Of a DNA stretch of 64,000 nucleotides, positions 9,719 through 18,420 are shown piece after piece. The DNA is taken from UHGV virus genome UHGV-0034108; one strand, given 5' to 3'. The stretch comes from a virus. Numbering within the stretch: position 1 is the stretch's first letter; each line of letters begins with the position of its first letter. Under the pieces are notes generated by a model. It was given only the letters and a program-made list of their open reading frames with translations. It did no database searches and was not told where the DNA came from. Both the position numbers and the translations under genes were made by a program.

Positions 9719-10526
9719 CGTTGAGGAATATCTGTGACAGGTCCATCTTCAGGTTGTTGTTTTCATCAGACTCGCCAACTACAAACTGTTTTCCCCGAAG
9801 ATGAGCCGGTCGTGCTTCTCGTAATGTACCATCACCGCCGGCAAAGGAGACGATAGTCTTGTTCTTCTCGCGGTAAATGAATCCTATCGCATCAGCCTCA
9901 CCACAGATGATGTCAGCAAGCTTACCTGCAAGGTCTACCGAATACTCTGTAGATTCCTGATTGTTGAGGTTCACCTGTCTGTCCTTCACATGGCAGACGA
10001 GGATGAGAGTTTCACACATCGGAGGCATGAACATGTGTATCACCTCTTTCAGTGCGTTTCTAAGATAGAGATAGCCGCCGCCATTCGGCAATTGACGTAC
10101 ATCAGCCTTTGGATCTGGAACAGGCTTGCCGTCAACGAGAATGAGATTTCCGTTTCTGTCTCGTTTCAAACCCCACTTTGCACCCATCTGAGTATTTCTG
10201 TAAAGCTGTGCGGCATAAGACAGACACATCTCCTCAAGCCTTGTGGCATTATCTATGGTGATGAACCTGTATGGACGCTTGCCGGTCTTCTTTATCTCTT
10301 CGTTTATCTTTGCCCGAATCGCAAAGATATCCGCTACGTTTCTCGCATCGACGGACATAACCTCAAGAGAACGATAACCATCTTCAAGGTCAATGATGAG
10401 ATTACTGTCAAGCGATGCAACGGCACTTGACTTTCCCGATTTCGGTCTACCAAAGAGAACCAATAATCTCGGATTATAAGTCTGTGCCTTTCTTCTTTCT
10501 GTAGGCAATGTAATTTCTTTTGGCAT
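9693..10526 (-). CDS. RecA-fold ATPase, Sak4/AAA_24-like (phage recombination/replication ATPase)
   Basis: Walker A LVLFGRPKSGKSS. Hydrophobic strand with acidic end, LILVCHVKD. Size and organisation typical of phage Sak4-like proteins. Confidence 0.6.
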   Translation of the reverse strand: MPKEITLPTERRKAQTYNPRLLVLFGRPKSGKSSAVASLDSNLIIDLEDGYRSLEVMSVDARNVADIFAIRAKINEEIKKTGKRPYRFITIDNATRLEEMCLSYAAQLYRNTQMGAKWGLKRDRNGNLILVDGKPVPDPKADVRQLPNGGGYLYLRNALKEVIHMFMPPMCETLILVCHVKDRQVNLNNQESTEYSVDLAGKLADIICGEADAIGFIYREKNKTIVSFAGGDGTLREARPAHLRGKQFVVGESDENNNLKMDLSQIFLNDDETGTTE

Positions 10527-10529
10527 AAT

Positions 10530-11786
10530 TTATTTGTTTAGAATTTTGTTAATCAATGCAAGCAGCATCAATGACCCGCTCTTTCTTTGTTGACGATAAG
10601 ACTTTATGTCTTTTGCTCTTTGGTAATACTTCGCTACACCGTTTATGTCATCCGGTCTTGGCAGTTCTTCAAAGTCACAGACGGCACCGTCAAAGAACAG
10701 TGGGCATACACCGCCCATTTCTCCATTCCTGTTTGCTATGACATACAGGAATCTTCCGTAGTTACGAAGTCCCTGCCCGGTCTCGTCCTGAATCTTATAT
10801 CCAAGCCAGGCTGGTAGACCGAACTTTGACGGGTCAAAAAGACCAAGAACTATATCGGCATCTCTTGAAGTGTACTTCGAATCGGAGAGACCGGCTGCTG
10901 ACGGGAGCATCTTCTTCTGCTTTATCGCTTCCAGACCCTCCGTTTCAGACGCCTGTTGCTGTATCGCCACGCAGGTGTAGTTGAACCTGTTTCGGAGATA
11001 CTTCACGAAATATTCGCTCATTTTGTCAACGGCATCTTTCGTTCTGAATCCCTGCTCCTTATCCAAGAGGCTGACATGATCGATGAGGACAATCTTATAA
11101 TGATTCGGGTCATCCTGCACATAGGAGTCGAATACCTCAACTTCCTTTCCGGCAAGTCCGTTGGACTTCATCTTGTGGGTCGTGTACTTGCCAACCGATT
11201 TCGCGTATTTCTCGCACACGCGAAGTATCCCAGTCGGGTTGGTGTCCTCTGTTTCAAACTGCACGCAACTCTCGAAGAACCGGATGCGCTCCTGATATTT
11301 CTCGCTCCTCAGTTTTTCCAGCGCCTCTTCCGGAACCGGATAGTCGCTGGATGTTGAGCGAAGATCGGACGGTGACAGTCTTATACCGTCAAGGGAATAC
11401 AGCAGATGCGAGAGATACCTCTCTATCACCTTCTGCACAGCCTCCTCAAGGGCAAAGTATATGATGTGAACAGAGCATTTTTCCGGATATTCAAAAGCAT
11501 AATCCAGAACTGTGTACAGATACAGAAAGTTAGCGAGGTTCGTCTTACCAACTTTTTGGTTTGCTGTGCAGACGACATATTGTCCCTGTTCTATGCCCGG
11601 AAACTCGTTTCTGAATCTCTCGAACGGAAGAGGAATACAGTTGGTGCCACCGTGGAGCACATTGTTTCTCCTTTCCTCAAGATTGTCAAGTACTCCGGCG
11701 ACGGAGCTTATGTCGTTTACGACCATCGCGTACTCCTCGAACTCCTCGTCGGTAATTCCGAGCGTAGTGTTATATCCCTCTATCAT
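10530..11786 (-). CDS. DnaB-like replicative helicase (C-terminal RecA-like domain)
   Basis: Walker A CTANQKVGKTNLA. H2-like IVLIDHVSLL. Q-rich H3 (CVAIQQQASE). H4-like DADIVLGLFDPSKF. Confidence 0.75.
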   Translation of the reverse strand: MIEGYNTTLGITDEEFEEYAMVVNDISSVAGVLDNLEERRNNVLHGGTNCIPLPFERFRNEFPGIEQGQYVVCTANQKVGKTNLANFLYLYTVLDYAFEYPEKCSVHIIYFALEEAVQKVIERYLSHLLYSLDGIRLSPSDLRSTSSDYPVPEEALEKLRSEKYQERIRFFESCVQFETEDTNPTGILRVCEKYAKSVGKYTTHKMKSNGLAGKEVEVFDSYVQDDPNHYKIVLIDHVSLLDKEQGFRTKDAVDKMSEYFVKYLRNRFNYTCVAIQQQASETEGLEAIKQKKMLPSAAGLSDSKYTSRDADIVLGLFDPSKFGLPAWLGYKIQDETGQGLRNYGRFLYVIANRNGEMGGVCPLFFDGAVCDFEELPRPDDINGVAKYYQRAKDIKSYRQQRKSGSLMLLALINKILNK

Positions 11787-12301
11787 ACGACCTCCCCGAA
11801 CTCGTTGAGCGAAATCTCGTTCTCGTCGGCATCGGGAACCCCGATGTCATCCGAAGTGAGATAGTCAGCGAATACGGACTTGTAGGTGTAGGCTATCCGT
11901 CCGTCCTTTCCGACCATCTTCTCCTGCTTGAAGATAAAGTACTTGAGCAGCATCATATATTTGCAGCTGCCTTCGAACTGTGCGAGGTATCTACGACCTG
12001 CACGGAGGCACTGTTCTATAGTATAGTTGTCCCCGAGCTTGTAATACTTCCAGATGAACTCCAGTCGCTTTTGAATATTGGGGACAGAGTCTCGCCATGG
12101 CCATTTCCCATCCTTCTCCCCTGCTGGCCAGAGTTTCCTGAGACCAGTGGCTACGGCTTCGAGAAAGGCCATTCCTCCCTGAGGTTGTTGGACAACCTCA
12201 AGGGCATCGGTGAACCCGCGTATGTAGGCGCACCGTTCAGAGGTGCCGTCGGCATATACAGCCGACGCCCTCCTGATGATTTCACTTCTTGTTATTTCCA
12301 T
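11783..12301 (-). CDS. Hypothetical protein (172 aa)
   Basis: ORF coupled to the helicase gene by a 4-nt overlap. Confidence 0.6.
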   Translation of the reverse strand: MEITRSEIIRRASAVYADGTSERCAYIRGFTDALEVVQQPQGGMAFLEAVATGLRKLWPAGEKDGKWPWRDSVPNIQKRLEFIWKYYKLGDNYTIEQCLRAGRRYLAQFEGSCKYMMLLKYFIFKQEKMVGKDGRIAYTYKSVFADYLTSDDIGVPDADENEISLNEFGEVV

Positions 12302-12372
12302 GATTCTTCCATTTGCGTTCCAAAGGTATGGAAACCAACTGAAAAAACAATGATGTTTCTTGGTTTTTAGAT

Positions 12373-12537
12373 TTTATTCACTTCGGCAACATAGTAAGTG
12401 TAGTCGGGGTCGTTCTCATTCCTGTTCATGATGTCGGCATACCCCGTTGCATCCTTCTCGCTGTCGGTGGCGAACGCCACTATTGACAGCGCCGGCTTGT
12501 TTTCGTAGCCTTTAATTACAAGAAACTTTGTCATTTT
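12373..12537 (-). CDS. Small hypothetical protein (about 54 aa), not in the ORF track
   Basis: Found by reading the 230-bp gap by hand. ATG at 12535-12537 (minus strand) gives MTKFLVIKGYENKPALSIVAFATDSEKDATGYADIMNRNENDPDYTYYVAEVNKI with a stop near 12373. It fills an otherwise empty gap in the operon. Confidence 0.35.
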
Positions 12538-12869
12538 TTAATGATTTTTAAGATTATACCTGTATTTCTGTAGCTTCTTCCAAGCCTTATACAGATGTCC
12601 AGTGATACATTTTTCCGGAGATATTTCCTGTAAATCTTTCCGGTGTCAGTCATACGAAGTACGAAGCAAGCACCGGAGCGACTGATGAAGATTTCTCGAC
12701 GAACTCCATCAAGATCTTCCCACAGGAATCCGGTTCGCTCTCCGCCTATGGTACAGCCACGGACATCTGAATAGACTTTCCCGTCAAAAGTATATGATGC
12801 CGGTAAAGCGGGAATGGCCGAAACTTCCTCGGCTTCGGTCATTCTCTTTATATCATCAAGTGTCAGCAT
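12531..12869 (-). CDS. Hypothetical protein (112 aa)
   Basis: Co-oriented ORF, coupled to the upstream gene. Confidence 0.55.
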   Translation of the reverse strand: MLTLDDIKRMTEAEEVSAIPALPASYTFDGKVYSDVRGCTIGGERTGFLWEDLDGVRREIFISRSGACFVLRMTDTGKIYRKYLRKNVSLDICIRLGRSYRNTGIILKIIKK

Positions 12870-13249
12870 ATCGGATAAGACCGTTTGTCATCCGGAAGCA
12901 TTGTAGTTCCGATACACTGTCTGTCAAGTGGCAGGACGATGTCATACTGCTTGTCCTTGAGTGTACTGTCGATGACGTTGAACTTCTTGCCGTCGTCAGA
13001 TACGGAGCGGAAGAATCCTGACTTCCATCTGGAAATACCATCTGCTGTAATGTTGGCGCACATTACAGGAACACCGACTGAAGTCTCGTCGGATAGAATG
13101 GTATACGTATGTGTGTCATAAATCACTGACGCATCTCCCTCTTGTGAGAGAGTCACGTTACTGAAGAACTTGACTGCTGTCTTTGCAGAATCTTCCGCGT
13201 AAATCTTGCCAACACGGACTTTGATTTTCTTTTCTACGATTGTGTGCAT
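12863..13249 (-). CDS. Hypothetical protein (128 aa)
   Basis: Co-oriented ORF. Confidence 0.55.
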   Translation of the reverse strand: MHTIVEKKIKVRVGKIYAEDSAKTAVKFFSNVTLSQEGDASVIYDTHTYTILSDETSVGVPVMCANITADGISRWKSGFFRSVSDDGKKFNVIDSTLKDKQYDIVLPLDRQCIGTTMLPDDKRSYPIC

Positions 13250-13270
13250 TTGTAAATTGATTTAAGTTAT

Positions 13271-13534
13271 TTATATCGCCTGAATGAACAGGTCAATGTC
13301 TTGTATTCTCAATCCAAGCCGTTGGGCAATTTCATCCGCCTGCTCGATGTCATCGTTGGAACCGGAGCGAAGCAGCTCCCTGACTGTGCTCTCTCCGGTT
13401 CCGAGAAGCCGTGCATAACGGCGACGAAGTCCGATGTGATACATGCGATGGAAAAGTAGTTCGACACGGGTATCTGTAATGCAATAGACCGCGTGTTCAA
13501 AATTGTATAATCCACGAAGGATTTTTCTAATCAT
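13271..13534 (-). CDS. Small protein with a helix-turn-helix-like C-terminal half; start probably at the internal Met (MIRKILRG...)
   Basis: RRYARLLGTGESTVRELLRSG resembles an HTH DNA-binding motif. The longer ORF start (13618) would overlap the upstream gene by 92 nt. The Met at 13532-13534 overlaps its stop by only 8 nt. Confidence 0.45.
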   Translation of the reverse strand: MIRKILRGLYNFEHAVYCITDTRVELLFHRMYHIGLRRRYARLLGTGESTVRELLRSGSNDDIEQADEIAQRLGLRIQDIDLFIQAI

Positions 13535-13889
13535 TTTCCTTCTCATAATTTTCAAGATAGTAGGCAATGTTAAACAAGGTTTGAGCATAGAGAATTTCAC
13601 AGTTGTTATCAACTGCAATCCACCACGGTGTTGTGTCTATATATTTATCAAGTTCATCTTCAGGCAGAGGACGATCATTGATACATACCTCAAGACAATT
13701 TCCGACCACTCGGATGGCAAAGACTTGATATTCTAAGATATCCATGCTGCTTGGGGACGTGTACATGGCAGCATACGGGGAATCAAGTTCTCGTGTCACT
13801 GTCTTGAAGTAACCACGCTCGTTGGCATGACTGCGCACAAAGGACACTATGTCCTCATGCGCCTGGGAAAAATCAGGTGTTCTAATCAT
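13527..13889 (-). CDS. Hypothetical protein (120 aa)
   Basis: Co-oriented ORF. Confidence 0.55.
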   Translation of the reverse strand: MIRTPDFSQAHEDIVSFVRSHANERGYFKTVTRELDSPYAAMYTSPSSMDILEYQVFAIRVVGNCLEVCINDRPLPEDELDKYIDTTPWWIAVDNNCEILYAQTLFNIAYYLENYEKEND

Positions 13890-14022
13890 AATTTTGTTGT
13901 TTAAGAATCGAAGAAAAAAGATGACGTTTGCTTTAACCGCAAGGCAGAACGCTCAGCAAGATGTGACAGAATGTCACGGATACGGTTTACTGGTCTCCGA
14001 AGCCACGAAGAGGCCGTCATCA

Positions 14023-14046
14023 TTTCGGAGGAAGGGAGGATACTCA
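14023..14046 (-). promoter_or_regulatory. Perfect 10-bp stem with 4-nt loop hairpin in an intergenic gap (RNA stability or termination element without a U-tract)
   Basis: aagggaggat-actc-atcctccctt at 14023-14046. Confidence 0.4.
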
Positions 14047-14059
14047 TCCTCCCTTAAAG

Positions 14060-14275
14060 TTAAAAGGCAATGTGCATCTCATCGCGTGTGGTGTCAAACC
14101 ACGTGATGCTGTTTTCGCGGGAAAGCAGATGCCTGCGTGTATAGTCCATAAAAGTGAACACATTGTCAAACACGGCAGTTGTGTCGTAATGTTTCTCGTC
14201 CTTGATCTTGTTGAATTCCTCAAGAGTCAGGACATCTCCAACAGATACCTCATCATTCATAGTCTTACAATACAT
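14060..14275 (-). CDS. Hypothetical small protein (71 aa)
   Basis: Co-oriented ORF. Confidence 0.45.
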   Translation of the reverse strand: MYCKTMNDEVSVGDVLTLEEFNKIKDEKHYDTTAVFDNVFTFMDYTRRHLLSRENSITWFDTTRDEMHIAF

Positions 14276-14396
14276 TTTCTTGTGGTGAATCCTTTTATGT
14301 CAGCTCTCTGACTTGCATCAAGGGTTGCCATTGCAGACTCAAGGTCCTTGGCAACTATGAGAACTTTCTTGTGATTGAAGAAGCGGAATGTGAATA

Positions 14397-14960
14397 TCAT
14401 AAGTCTGTATCGTTTTCAATCTGGGCAAGCGCCCCATTTGCCATATCGTAATAGACCACAGCAATTGACCCTTCGGTAGGACTGCCTGCGGCAATGCACA
14501 TGGTTATAGCTCCACCTTCAGCCAGCCAATGTGCGAGCCAGTCTACGCGACGAGTCCAGACTCCATAGATTTCTATTCCGCAACCGTCACTATATGAATC
14601 CTTAAAATCCCTGTTGATGACTACTGACTCACCATATTTCAATGTATATCTGTCCACCAAAGTATTAAACTCTGATTTAAGGATATGCCATCGGAGCTGA
14701 CGCTCACATACTACAGTGACTTGATATATATTATCAAGACCATAGGTATCCATAAGCAAAGTGACATCGTGACCGGCAAACTTCCCCCGCAAGACTGGAC
14801 CGGAGTCTGTCTCAGCCATAGAGAAACCCTTGCTCTGCATCTGTGAGATGAAGTCTCTCTTTGTACCGTCAATGGGGACGCCCATGAAGTGCATGTGACT
14901 CTGGGCAAAGCCCGCGATGCCTATCGACACCGCGAGCAAAAAGATAATTAAGCGTTTCAT
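14397..14960 (-). CDS. Secreted/exported protein (187 aa) with an N-terminal signal peptide; moron-like accessory gene
   Basis: N-terminus MKRLIIFLLAVSIGIAGFAQS is positive n-region, hydrophobic h-region, then an AxA-like cleavage site (FAQ|S). Confidence 0.65.
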   Translation of the reverse strand: MKRLIIFLLAVSIGIAGFAQSHMHFMGVPIDGTKRDFISQMQSKGFSMAETDSGPVLRGKFAGHDVTLLMDTYGLDNIYQVTVVCERQLRWHILKSEFNTLVDRYTLKYGESVVINRDFKDSYSDGCGIEIYGVWTRRVDWLAHWLAEGGAITMCIAAGSPTEGSIAVVYYDMANGALAQIENDTDL

Positions 14961-14968
14961 TTTATGAT

Positions 14969-15310
14969 TTATTTTATTCTAAGTGTTGCCTTTGCCACGT
15001 TGAGGCATCCAATCAATGTAGTTATACCTACTTCCCTAAAATAGACGGGTTCTGGATATATGTCCTCATTATTCGTAATGAAGAAGATATTGCCTGTAGG
15101 ATGCAGCTCGATTGCGGCAAGTTTCTCATCACGATACCCATCATCAGATGTCTGCCTCGGTATCTGTATTGCCAAATCATGCTCATCCGGAATTGAAATT
15201 ACATGATTTTCTGCCTTTTCAAGCAGTTCGTGCATCTCACTCCAGACTGCGTCCTGGATCTCATTACAGATCTGGAAATACTCATTTACCATTGTTTCAA
15301 TAGTCTTCAT
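14969..15310 (-). CDS. Hypothetical protein (113 aa)
   Basis: Co-oriented ORF. Confidence 0.55.
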   Translation of the reverse strand: MKTIETMVNEYFQICNEIQDAVWSEMHELLEKAENHVISIPDEHDLAIQIPRQTSDDGYRDEKLAAIELHPTGNIFFITNNEDIYPEPVYFREVGITTLIGCLNVAKATLRIK

Positions 15311-15323
15311 GATATTATATTTA

Positions 15324-16352
15324 ATGATTACGCAATGTTATACCTAAACTCGTTTTTATAAGCCAAGGCAGCGACCACGAGCCTATCAAAGAGTTTGTCT
15401 CCGAATGTCCTGCGGTTGAACTTGTAGCAGAACTCGTTCAGATAGCTTTGAAGGTAGTCGGGTCTGATGTCGTGATAGACGTCCAGCAGGAGCCGTTTTG
15501 CGTTGCTGATTGCGATATGAACCCACGGGAGTAGCTTACCGACCTGCTTTGGCTCTATGACCTGATGCACGTGTTTACTTACGAGTGACTTTATATTTGT
15601 ATATGACGTTGAATCGTCAGAAGTTATGGTTGAACTTGGATTGACATACATCCTCACCTTTCCGTCAATGGTTTCCGACTTGAGATCGTTGATGACGAGC
15701 ATCTTGATGTGCTTGACTGCGGTAGGCTTGTCGGAGGTTTTCTTCTGAGTCCCATCGGAGGTCTCGGCCAGGACGAGGACCGCAGTTTTCTTCTGGCTTC
15801 CGCGCCCGCGTTTCTGCGGCTCGTCCTTCTTGCCCTCAGGGGTCTCGGTGGAGAAGAACCCCTCGTCCATCTCCACTATCCCACACACCTGGTATTGCGC
15901 GTCCCGCTTGCCCATGATACTCCGAAGCTTATGAAGCATCGCCCAGATTGGCATATAGTTCTTGTGACCCAGCTGACGCTGGAGCTCCGATGCGGAGAAA
16001 CTCTTCCGCGTCGAGGTGAGCAGGTGCATCGCCGTGAACCAGTACATCAGTGGCAGTTGGCTGCCGTGCATTACCGTATTCGCCTTCAGGCTCTGGCGGT
16101 AATGGCAGCCCTTGCACTCGAAGCATTTCTTATCCTTCTTCCAATAGTGCTCCGTGCAGCCACACTTTGGACAGACAACGCCCTGCTTCTCCCTGTATTC
16201 CCTAAGCTTGTTCTCGCAGCTTTCCTCATTGGGAAACTCCTGCATAAAGTCTATAAGTTTCATTGTATCTTCGTTTGTTGGGACAAAGATACTGTTCGAC
16301 TGTGCAAAAACGCTGCGCAAGTTATGACTTAGGTATAACATTAATTATTCAT
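15324..16352 (-). mobile_element. IS1595-family insertion sequence, about 1.0 kb (inner boundaries 15334 and 16342 are firm; outer boundaries approximate)
   Basis: aatgttatacctaa at 15334-15347 is the perfect reverse complement of ttaggtataacatt at 16329-16342. The repeat extends imperfectly outward to about 24 bp. It brackets a single transposase gene. No clean target-site duplication was seen. Confidence 0.6.
15328..16263 (-). CDS. IS1595-family (ISXO2-like) DDE transposase
   Basis: N-terminal zinc ribbon MKLIDFMQEFPNEESCENKLREYREKQGVVCPKCGC...CFECKGC, typical of IS1595 transposases. The middle segment ...KRGRGSQKKTAVLVLAETSDG... matches the ISXO2-like DDE domain. The start was placed at the internal Met (16261-16263); the upstream 26 codons overlap the terminal inverted repeat. 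Confidence 0.8.
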   Translation of the reverse strand: MKLIDFMQEFPNEESCENKLREYREKQGVVCPKCGCTEHYWKKDKKCFECKGCHYRQSLKANTVMHGSQLPLMYWFTAMHLLTSTRKSFSASELQRQLGHKNYMPIWAMLHKLRSIMGKRDAQYQVCGIVEMDEGFFSTETPEGKKDEPQKRGRGSQKKTAVLVLAETSDGTQKKTSDKPTAVKHIKMLVINDLKSETIDGKVRMYVNPSSTITSDDSTSYTNIKSLVSKHVHQVIEPKQVGKLLPWVHIAISNAKRLLLDVYHDIRPDYLQSYLNEFCYKFNRRTFGDKLFDRLVVAALAYKNEFRYNIA

Positions 16353-17220
16353 AATTTTTATTTGTTTCGACCGAGGATTCTCATCCTCACGCACTATGCC
16401 TGACGACTTTTTATACTCGCATAGTCGAGTTACCCTTGCTTTTTCCTGAGAGAAATATTATATTATTATAATATTTATCTCCCTTTAAAGAAATATAAAA
16501 CTTTCTGTATAAGGAGGGGTCTGGGGAACCACCGGAAATCAAATCCCCCGGAAATCTCAAAAATCCGGGGAATTTCATTCCTGATGAGAGAAAGGACGAG
16601 GAGCGGAAACCTACCAGGGAAGAGACAGTCTACCTCTCGAACAGAAGAAAGACCAAAGCTATTTCTCTTGGTCCTTCAAGAAAGCCTTGAAAGCTTTTAA
16701 CTCTGACTTCTTCACGGGATAAAGAAACCCCATAAAGCAAACCAGAACAAGTCTTTCCTCAGGCTTTTTAGTATTTGATTTTTCCATGGCAGAATCAAAG
16801 AGCTAAAAATCAAGAAGTTAAGAATCAGACTCACGCACGTGTATACGCACGCGCGAGGAAACCCGAGCCGGAAAGAGAAACTCCAAAACCGAGCGGCGAC
16901 CGGTAAGCAATAGTTAAATGCGCCGGGCCCTTGGAGTCGGACTTTCGCGGAAAGGGCATAGAAATGGCCTTCTCAGCCGTTTTTTCTCTTCGGACGATAA
17001 CTTATATGTCTGAGAAAAGATAATGGCTCAGAGGGGCATTTCTGAGGAAAGTCTATTTCTGACTAAAAAATCAAGGCGGAAATTCAAGTCAGAAATAGGC
17101 TATGGCAGTCGAATCAAACCTCAACAAGCCGTTGGGAGCAGGTTAAAGTCCATAAGAAAAACTTATGGATAAAGCCCGACTTTGGTAGTCAGTTGGGTCA
17201 GATTCGACTGCCAGTTGGGT

Positions 17221-17250
17221 CAGTCAAGGAACAAAAAAGAGAGGCCCGAA
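17221..17250 (-). terminator. Rho-independent terminator (minus strand) downstream of gene 17261..17614
   Basis: On the minus strand the sequence reads GAGGGGCC-TTCG-GGCCTCTC followed by TTTTTTGTT. Confidence 0.7.
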
Positions 17251-17260
17251 GGCCCCTCGA

Positions 17261-17614
17261 TTATCCGCGGAACTCGCGCTTGTCTCCGTGGCAGAGAAGA
17301 TGTTTCGGGGCACCCGAAGTCACTTCGCCTGTCTCCTCATCTGTGTAGAAACCGACGCGGAACTCAAAGTTCTCGATAGGCTCTCCGACCTTTGCGAGGT
17401 CCTCTGCCGTCGCCTCATTGCGAGGCCAGAGGTCTGTTTCAACAATTCTACCGTCTGGCGCAGTGGCACGGACGTGGACGAGGACGCAAGTTTCCTCGTT
17501 TAGCTTTGCTGTCTTGGTGCTGAAGGATGTGTTCACGAATCCGCATGCCGGGAAATACAACTGAGCGTCATAATCCTGATAACGCTCGTTTTCTTTGAAC
17601 TGTACGTTTGTCAT
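17261..17614 (-). CDS. Hypothetical protein (117 aa), first gene of the minus-strand module
   Basis: ORF with coding-like composition. Followed by a strong intrinsic terminator. Preceded on the minus strand by a 5' UTR GC hairpin (cggggg-cccat-cccccg). Confidence 0.6.
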   Translation of the reverse strand: MTNVQFKENERYQDYDAQLYFPACGFVNTSFSTKTAKLNEETCVLVHVRATAPDGRIVETDLWPRNEATAEDLAKVGEPIENFEFRVGFYTDEETGEVTSGAPKHLLCHGDKREFRG

Positions 17615-17881
17615 AGCTTTAACTTTTTAAATGTGACCACGGGGGCCCATCCCCCGCGTATATGTTGAGGGTGGGGGTGGGGAGGTGTACCTCTCGCACG
17701 TACAAGTGTGGCGGGTATGTCAAATTTTAAGTATTGCCCGTACATACAAGAGGGGTAGTAGTTTTTTTCTGCAAACCAAGTGGTGTGTGGGGTGGGAGTT
17801 TCTCCCGGCTTGCGTATTTAGATAAAGTTCATTAACTTTGTCCCGAAGCCTCGGGTTGTTCAGTTGTTCCAATAGGGCCAA

Positions 17882-18094
17882 TTGAATGTAATCAGATATT
17901 CGACATTGTATATGATTGAGTTGATATTTAAGATAATAGGATATATATTCATAGCTTGCGTTGTGTGCATTGCTTTGTGGAAGTTGGTGCTTCTGATAAT
18001 AGCCTTTTTCACATCAGGCGTATGGTTGTGGTTGCTTGCAGTAGGCGGTGGTTTGACAGTGTTGGGTTTAATATTCGATTATTTTTCGAAATGA
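17882..18094 (+). CDS. Small membrane protein (70 aa, 2 predicted TM helices), paralog of the next gene
   Basis: Hydrophobic segments IIGYIFIACVVCIALWKLVLLIIAFF and GVWLWLLAVGGGLTVLGLIF. Its stop overlaps the next start (ATGA). Confidence 0.6.
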   Translation: MNVIRYSTLYMIELIFKIIGYIFIACVVCIALWKLVLLIIAFFTSGVWLWLLAVGGGLTVLGLIFDYFSK

Positions 18095-18255
18095 AAGATG
18101 GTAATGGCTTGTGCACTATGGCGATATTGCTGCTGATTGCGATGGTAGTGTGGTCGATAATAGCATTTATTGACTTTATAATCTCCGGAGGGTGGCGGTG
18201 GCTTCTCGTTATCTTCGGAGTCCTTTTGCTTCTTGCGTTTATCCGTACAGAGTAG
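18091..18255 (+). CDS. Small membrane protein (about 54 aa), tandem paralog; start at ATG 18091 rather than the extended ORF-track start
   Basis: MKDGNGLCTMAILLLIAMVVWSIIAFIDFIISGGWRWLLVIFGVLLLLAF. Shares the G.W.WLL... motif with the preceding protein. Confidence 0.5.
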   Translation: MKDGNGLCTMAILLLIAMVVWSIIAFIDFIISGGWRWLLVIFGVLLLLAFIRTE

Positions 18256-18380
18256 CGGCAATTTTCTTGACAACTCTTGTTTTTGTGGCGGAGACAAAGT
18301 ATCTTTGTCAAACAAAGTAATGAAGAGCATGCTCTCAATAGCACTATTGAGACTCTGTTCAAAGGCTCGGGCAAGCGATT

Positions 18381-18420
18381 TTACTTTAGAAGTGATACGA
18401 GTTGCCGCTTGTATCACTTT
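18381..18420 (+). terminator. Rho-independent terminator after the two small membrane-protein genes
   Basis: AGTGATACGAG-ttgccg-CTTGTATCACT (11-bp stem with one G-U pair) followed by TTTTTGTCTTT. Confidence 0.65.

Noticed and set aside
13849-14106. Plus-strand ORF 13849..14106 (85 aa) inside the minus-strand module
   Set aside because: It is opposite in orientation to all neighbours and spans the intergenic hairpin at 14023-14046. The Arg/Ser-rich translation is probably spurious.
16264-16341. N-terminal 26-codon extension of the transposase ORF (MLYLSHNLRSVFAQSNSIFVPTNEDT)
   Set aside because: It overlaps the terminal inverted repeat. The conserved IS1595 N-terminus begins at the internal Met (MKLIDFMQEFPNEESC), so the extension is probably untranslated IS end.
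16581-16610. Hammerhead-ribozyme-like CUGAUGAG...GAAAC string (ctgatgagagaaaggacgaggagcggaaac)
   Set aside because: The nucleotides after CUGAUGA cannot pair with those before GAAA to form stem II. The conserved C of CGAAAC is missing. No plausible stem I/III partners or cleavage-site triplet were found.
16343-17260. tRNA genes in the ORF-free regions (also 17615-17880, 20762-21620 and 53836-54056)
   Set aside because: No T-arm consensus (GGTTCGAATCC or variants) with a flanking acceptor stem could be found on either strand. The gattcgactgcc at 17193-17204 lacks a complementary T-stem.
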